A program made the position numbers and the translations under genes. Source: Camelus ferus (taxonomy: Eukaryota). From it: DNA of 64,000 nucleotides. The number at the start of each line of letters is the position of its first letter. Within the stretch, counting starts at the first letter, position 1. Shown here piece by piece: positions 1 through 64,000 of this stretch. Below the pieces are notes generated by a model. That model was not told the DNA's origin and searched no databases. It saw only the letters and a program-made list of their open reading frames with translations. Where the stretch lies: assembly GCF_009834535.1 (NCBI RefSeq), contig NC_045707.1:49912001-49976000 (forward strand), read 5' to 3'.

Positions 1-142
1 GGGCCATCTGCTTTACTTAATCTACCCATTCAAATGCTCATCTCATCCAGAATCGCCCTCTTAGGCTCACCAGGAAATAACATTCAGTCAGATATCTGAG
101 CACCTTGTGATCCAGTCACGTTGACATAAATTTAACTGTTAT
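1..142 (-). mobile_element. MLT2-like (ERVL) LTR fragment
   Basis: ccagtcacgttgacataaaatttaact resembles the reverse complement of the MLT2 5' end as I recall it. Confidence 0.6.
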
Positions 143-3100
143 AGACCCATTCCAGTTTGGTAGAACTTGTCACTAAGTTCTTCCTTAGCCTGTAGTCTAC
201 CTCTCTGTAACTTTCTTTCATTTCATTCCAGTTGTGCCTTCCAGTACTCCACAGAATATGCCTAGTGACTGTTCTACACTGTAAAACGTTCAGGTGTGTG
301 AAGCTAGCTATCATGAGGTATTCCTCCCCTAGACTAACTTCCCTCCACTTCTTCAGTGGACTGGCTTTCTGACTTCTTTGACATTATTAATCATTTTTCA
401 CACTGTATTTTATGGTAACTCAGACCTGACCAATGCAAAATCTGGTGGATCTGTTGTCTATAATACAAATAAAAGTTCCCCTCTTTTGTTCATCAGTCTT
501 TTTGATGTTTTCAGTCATCATATGCTTTATTTGTATAGCAGAGCTTCACTTATATTAGACAACCATCAGGATTCGTTTTTCCTCTAAGTTTAGAAATCTT
601 AATAAAAATAGCTAACATGCACTTAACCATGTGTTGAGTGCCAGACTAAGTTCACATTGTTTTACATATATTCACACATTTAGCGAGGTGTGTACTGTTA
701 CTGTGTGTTTTACAGAGGATCCTGTCACATTATAGGTGTGTTCTTCCAAGGCAAAGTAGAATAGATCTCTTAACTCCCTTTGTTGTTACACTCCTGTCAT
801 TGCCGCCTAAGACAGCTTGGAGGTGGGAGGGGAAAGCACTTGCATCATGTTAATTAACATCAAGTTAATGCATGCGGAGCTTTGAGTAAGCTGAACCTTT
901 GTCTTTGAATACATACTGTTATATTTCTCACATACCATATTTGTACAGTTATATTTTGGGAATTAAATAAAGGAGACCATACTTTTATACCAATTAAAAG
1001 TTAGCTTCTCATTCTCACCTGTCTTTCTGGATCCTGATTCTGTTATCTAACATATTTGCTGATTTACCTATAGCTTCAAGTCATCTACAGATTGGAGAAA
1101 TGTAATTTCTATGTTTCCACATCACTGACAAAAGTTCAGAACCGTGAGGAATTAGGAATGCAGTAATGCCTTAAAAATATCTTTTGGGTTGTTCTCTTAT
1201 TTTGATACATTTAGTTATATTAGCCTATATTTCCTGCCTTGCCTGTAGGAATCTCATGTTACTATATAAAGTAATAATCAATGTCAGAGCTCCATCTTTC
1301 ATCCAGCTCCATATTTTATTCCATAATTTAACTATTCTGCTGTATTTCTTTTAGTTTTTTCTACGTGGTTTTTCTCTTGTTATCATTGTTGAATCTAGAT
1401 AATATCTGTACAACCATTCCACGATCCGTAAGTCAGGTGACTTTGTGAAAGAGAGAATTGAAACTGTATTATTAAAAATCTATTTATGAGTTTCAGTCAT
1501 TACTGAGACTTCATAGTCATCCTTTGGTTTTCTTTTGGGGCCCTGCTCATTCACAGTAAAGTTTATGTGTCAGTTGGAATCCATCTTACTCTTCGTTTTG
1601 AAGGCTGTGACTATTGTTGCCCAGTTCTAGTCTTAAACCACCACCTCTGTCTTTTCACATAAGCCCTCAAAGACTACGAATAGTGGTGGATCCGAGCTAG
1701 ATTACGGACTCCAAGAGGCCTACAAAGACTAGGTATGTTTTCTTTAAAATTTCCCTTTTATGGAGTTTCAGCTTCCACTTAATATTTCTTTTTAAACTCT
1801 TCAAATGAAAGATCAAAATCTTAGAGAACAAAGAGAAGCCAAGTAGATGTTCTACTTTCTATTAGTATCTCAGTCCCAAATGGTGTGTCTCTCTCTTGAT
1901 TATCATATTGTAGCTAACAAGTGAAAAACAAAACTTTTTTGTTGTCTTTGGTGTTTCTGTCGATCCACCAGTTAGATGAATGAAAGAGTGAGAGCAGAGC
2001 TAGTGGAAGAGAGAGGAAAATAGTGGAAGAGGCTGTAGACGATCTAGAAATAGACAGCAGCCTGATTCACCATTTGTAGGTAATTGGCAATTCAGATAGT
2101 CCACTTTCGGAAAGTGGCTTATTTGCATTTGGTGCTTTTCCCTGGGCTTCCTTTCTTTAAACAGTGGAGGAACTGAAAATTGATGGTAATCATGTCGGTT
2201 GCAAAGTGATAGAAAACCCCAAAAAGGAATTTACTGACAAATTACGGAAAAGATCATGGATAGGACAGAGTTTAGGCATTGACTAACTAAAGGACTCAAA
2301 TGATCCAGTACTGACAGGCACATTTCCTTCCTCCTGCCGTGTTAGATCCATTTTCAGAGACTTTCCTTATCTCAGATTTAAGTTTCCTGAGAAGAAACAA
2401 GTCAGAGCCACAGCAGATGCCTCATTGCCACCTATTGGCCTTTGTTGAGTCACATGCACCTTCCTAATCCAGCATCGTTATGATCAGGGGAATGTCTGGA
2501 TAATGGGGATAGACTAAATTGAGAGTTAGGAAAGGGCAGACCCCTAAACAGGCTATTGCTGAAAACTGGGGGGAAAGGATGCTGAAGTGGCAATTAACAA
2601 ATGTCCACTAGAATGTCTATTGAATTCTGATTATATTACATAAATTGGTACGTTTGGTGCTGTTTGTTTAAAAAAAAATGAATACTTCTATTTCAACCTA
2701 ATGAACATGAAGACTTAAAGTGGGGATAGTATAGTAGAAGGAACATAGCTTTTGAGTCACAAAGGTTCAAGTTCTAGCTCTGTTAATGTACCCGTATTAC
2801 TGAGAAATTTAAGGACACCCAATAAAACCCTTTTTTCCTGGTTGAATTCTGTCAAGAGAAAAGACAAATTATTGACACATAGTAATAAAAATACTAGTTT
2901 TATTAGTAACAGGTAACAGTGAGGTTCTAATAATGAACCCAGAACTATACATTTATCTACCCCCACCCCCAGGCACTTTGAACAATAGTCTTTTTTATCT
3001 AGGGGTCTGGCTCCTCATGCAAATGCATGAGTTGCAGACATTTGGCTCACAAAACAAGGCAGGGAGGTAAAGAAGCTGCATATGTCTAGTTCTCCCAAAA

Positions 3101-3613
3101 ATCTGTTCAGCAGCTCATTTCACCTCCATGCTAATTGGTGGAATAGGAGGCCAGAATTTGTTGAGGAAAATTCTTCTTTGTGGAAACCAGAGGAATGATG
3201 ACACACATGCTCCCAACACACAGACTTACGAATCTTAATTATTTTAATCTCTCTTAAATAATAATTTATTTTGAGTTGGTGTGATGTTCAGATCCTAAAA
3301 AATTTGGGGTATGAAAATTCAGAGAGATTATCAAATAACCACCCTCTCCAGTTTTTGAAGTTGGGTTATTATAATAATTGATGTGTGAGTGGGAGGGAAC
3401 CCATTTTGCCCAGGAGGTGAGTAAAATTGGTAATAATTGGGCAAGCATAAGGATTTGTGATGTGGGAGGAAGCAGGCAGTGAAAGAAAATGTTTTACAGA
3501 ATCCATAACTATCACATCCTTGCAAATTTAAACCAAGGTAGGCAAACTTTTCCTCCACCAGCCATCCTCAACCAGCTGGTATAAATTCAAAGGTTTTAGC
3601 CTGTTCTTCAGTC

Positions 3614-3780
3614 CAGTGGTTCTCACACTGTGCTCTCTGAACCGACAGCATCAACATCACCTGAGAATTTGTTAGAAACCCTAATAATAGCTTTGTTGAA
3701 GCTCTAGAGGTGGGGCCCAGCAATCTATATATAAGCAAGCCCTCTAAGTGATTTTTATGGATCTTGAGCTATAAGAACTG
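3614..3780. mobile_element. MER5A-like hAT-Charlie MITE
   Basis: Begins cagtggttctca, contains agcatcaacatcacctgagaatttgttagaaa and ggtggggcccagcaatct, ends agaactg. Confidence 0.75.
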
Positions 3781-4401
3781 TATACTATAATTTGCAAACA
3801 TGCCCATAACAATTTCATAGCTGAAGATTAATTGCACTTGCAAGTAATCTGCTCTTGTTCCTCATCATTAAACATTTATTAAATATGGGGCATTTGGGGG
3901 AGGGAGAGAGGTTGAATAGGTGAAATAGAGCTTGAGCTTGAATGCCAAACAGGCATGAAGATTAAGACTGTGTTTCCATCCTATAGGTTTCACTGTAGTG
4001 GCATGATACCTGTTTAAAAAACTAAATGTAGCAGCAAAGTGCAGCAAGGATTGGATGGAGGAGACACTAGAATGAGAGAGAACCTGGGGGGTAGTGATTA
4101 TAATTTGTGTAGAGGAACTTAAAGATCAAGAAGAAAAGTGGTTATATAGAATAGGCTTTTCAAAGGAACAATTAACTGAACTCAGTTAACTGAATGAAGC
4201 TAGGTTAGATGAAATCAAAGACGATTTAAGATCTCAAGCCCAGATGATTAAGATAATGATGGTTGGGGAAGGGAGCTCTCTAATTAGGGAATAAGATGAA
4301 TCTATGGGCGTATTAACTTTGAGGTAATAGTTTAAAAGACATACATGGAGAAAAAAGAAAGCTCATTTTTAGGTAGTTTAGATGAAGAGAGCTTGAAAGT
4401 A

Positions 4402-4530
4402 CATTTGTCCCTTGGTATCCACAGGGGATTGTTTCCAGGACCCCCTGAGGATACCAAAATCCACAGATGCTCAAGTCCCTAAATTGGTCCCTCTATCTGC
4501 AGGTTCCACATTCACCAGATTCAACCAGCT
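4402..4530 (+). mobile_element. MER2-like TcMar-Tigger fragment
   Basis: gtcccttggtatccacaggggattgtttccaggaccccc...gataccaaaatccacagatgctcaagtccct. Confidence 0.8.
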
Positions 4531-4554
4531 GGTATTTGAAGGAAATGAAAGTAA

Positions 4555-4900
4555 TGCAGTCATTCACTCCTGAAACACGAATTGAATGTCTACCATGGGT
4601 CTAGCACAGTTCTAGGTTCTCAGGATACAGAAATGGACAAACTCACGCCCTGTCTTTATAACTAATATTGTAGGTGGAGGGAGACAACAAATCAATCAAT
4701 ACATAAACAAGATCATTTCAGACAATACTGAGAGCCGGCAAAGAAAAGAAAATGAGTCACAGTACAAAGTGACTCAAGGGTGGAGAATTTCTTTAGATAG
4801 CTTGTCAAGGAAGGCCTGAGGTGGTGACATGTGACAGAAATCATGGTGAAAGATAGTTGTGGGACGCCGAAAGATGCTGGCATCAGAGTGGCCAAGGAGA
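4555..4900 (-). mobile_element. L2 3' fragment
   Basis: cattcactc...attgaatgtctaccatgggtctagcacagttctagg is the reverse L2 tail. Confidence 0.6.
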
Positions 4901-4984
4901 ATTGCAGGAAAGCGAATGAGAAGGTTTGTTGTGTTTTTTGCCCTTTCAGGGGCTATTCTGTATGAAAGGTTTGGAGAGAGACGA

Positions 4985-5215
4985 TAGTGTATTCAGAGGA
5001 ACACAGGCTGCTTGGAGACATCCCAACTCATTTATATCAGGCATTTGTTAGCTGTGTAAAAACTCCTTGGTTTCTCTAAGGCTTATTCTTCTCAGTAGAG
5101 TCAGTAGTAATAACACTGCATGGGATTAAATTGTGATGATTAAATGAGAGAATGAATTTAAAGCAGCTAGTGTAGTGCTTGGAACATAAGTGCTTAATGA
5201 TAACTATTAATAATA
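4985..5215 (+). mobile_element. MIR SINE
   Basis: ttagctgtgt...ttgtgatgattaaatgag...gtagtgcttggaacataagtgcttaat. Confidence 0.65.
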
Positions 5216-5470
5216 CTGATCGGTCATGTGAAATACCATTTCATTTAATAATGGTGAAATCTAATGTCTTTTGATACACAGTTTTATTTAGAAGTTACAC
5301 TTTGACTTTTTATCATGCAAAACATTTTAAGGGCATGAGACTACAGTTAAAAATGTTTTGGCAATTAAATGATACGCTTTGAACAGCTGCTGATGACACT
5401 TAGAAAATATGCTTATATGCATAATACTCTAAGATGGATTTTACTAACTTTAAGTATTTCCTTCTTACAG

Positions 5471-5683
5471 ATGTGTTCATCTCATGACTGATATGAAGCA
5501 ACTAGTCATGGGCCAAAGGTCAAGATACTTCCCCAGGAAATACTGCTGATGCTCCTTAAGAAAGTCATACAATGAGTGTTTCATTTCAGAAAGATTTTCA
5601 TATTTAAAAGATTTTCATCTTGGAAATAAGTGAAAATTAGAGTCTTCTGGGAAACATTTTCCTCCTAATAAATTATACTTGTA
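5471..5683 (+). other. ATP2B1: ATP2B1 exon 2, 5'UTR part (213 nt)
   Basis: Acceptor tttccttcttacag ends at 5470, with a branch-point-like tactaac upstream; sequence is contiguous with the ATG at 5684. Confidence 0.8.

Positions 5684-64000
<58,317 letters not shown>

Noticed and set aside
1..5470. ATP2B1 promoter or CpG island
   Set aside because: The region is CpG-depleted and ends in a splice acceptor, so it is intronic; the promoter lies upstream of the window.

Overview
This is AT-rich, CpG-depleted mammalian genomic DNA, occupied almost entirely by one known gene on the + strand: ATP2B1 (PMCA1, plasma-membrane Ca2+-ATPase 1, P2B-type). I traced 21 coding exons, all GT-AG and in phase, from the ATG at 5684 into the last exon, which runs off the window at 64000. 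Exon numbering assumes one non-coding exon 1 upstream; that exon and the promoter are not in the window. Splice site A (39-nt exon), site B (108-nt exon) and site C (154-nt exon with internal donors) are present. The introns hold old repeats (L2, MIR, CR1/L3, MER hAT and Tigger DNA transposons, MLT2 LTR, L1) and one tRNA-derived SINE resembling the camelid family, which suggests a camel/alpaca-type genome (inference). I found no new gene or new biological system. The best leads are regulatory or evolutionary: a chain of overlapping stop-start uORFs in the 5'UTR, complementary (CA)n/(TG)n microsatellites bracketing the site-A exon, a GTGGTG tandem donor, a UGCAUG cluster at site C, apparent substitutions in extracellular loops, and several local duplication or inversion scars. 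Repeat names and comparisons with human PMCA1 are from recall, not database searches, and repeat boundaries are approximate.
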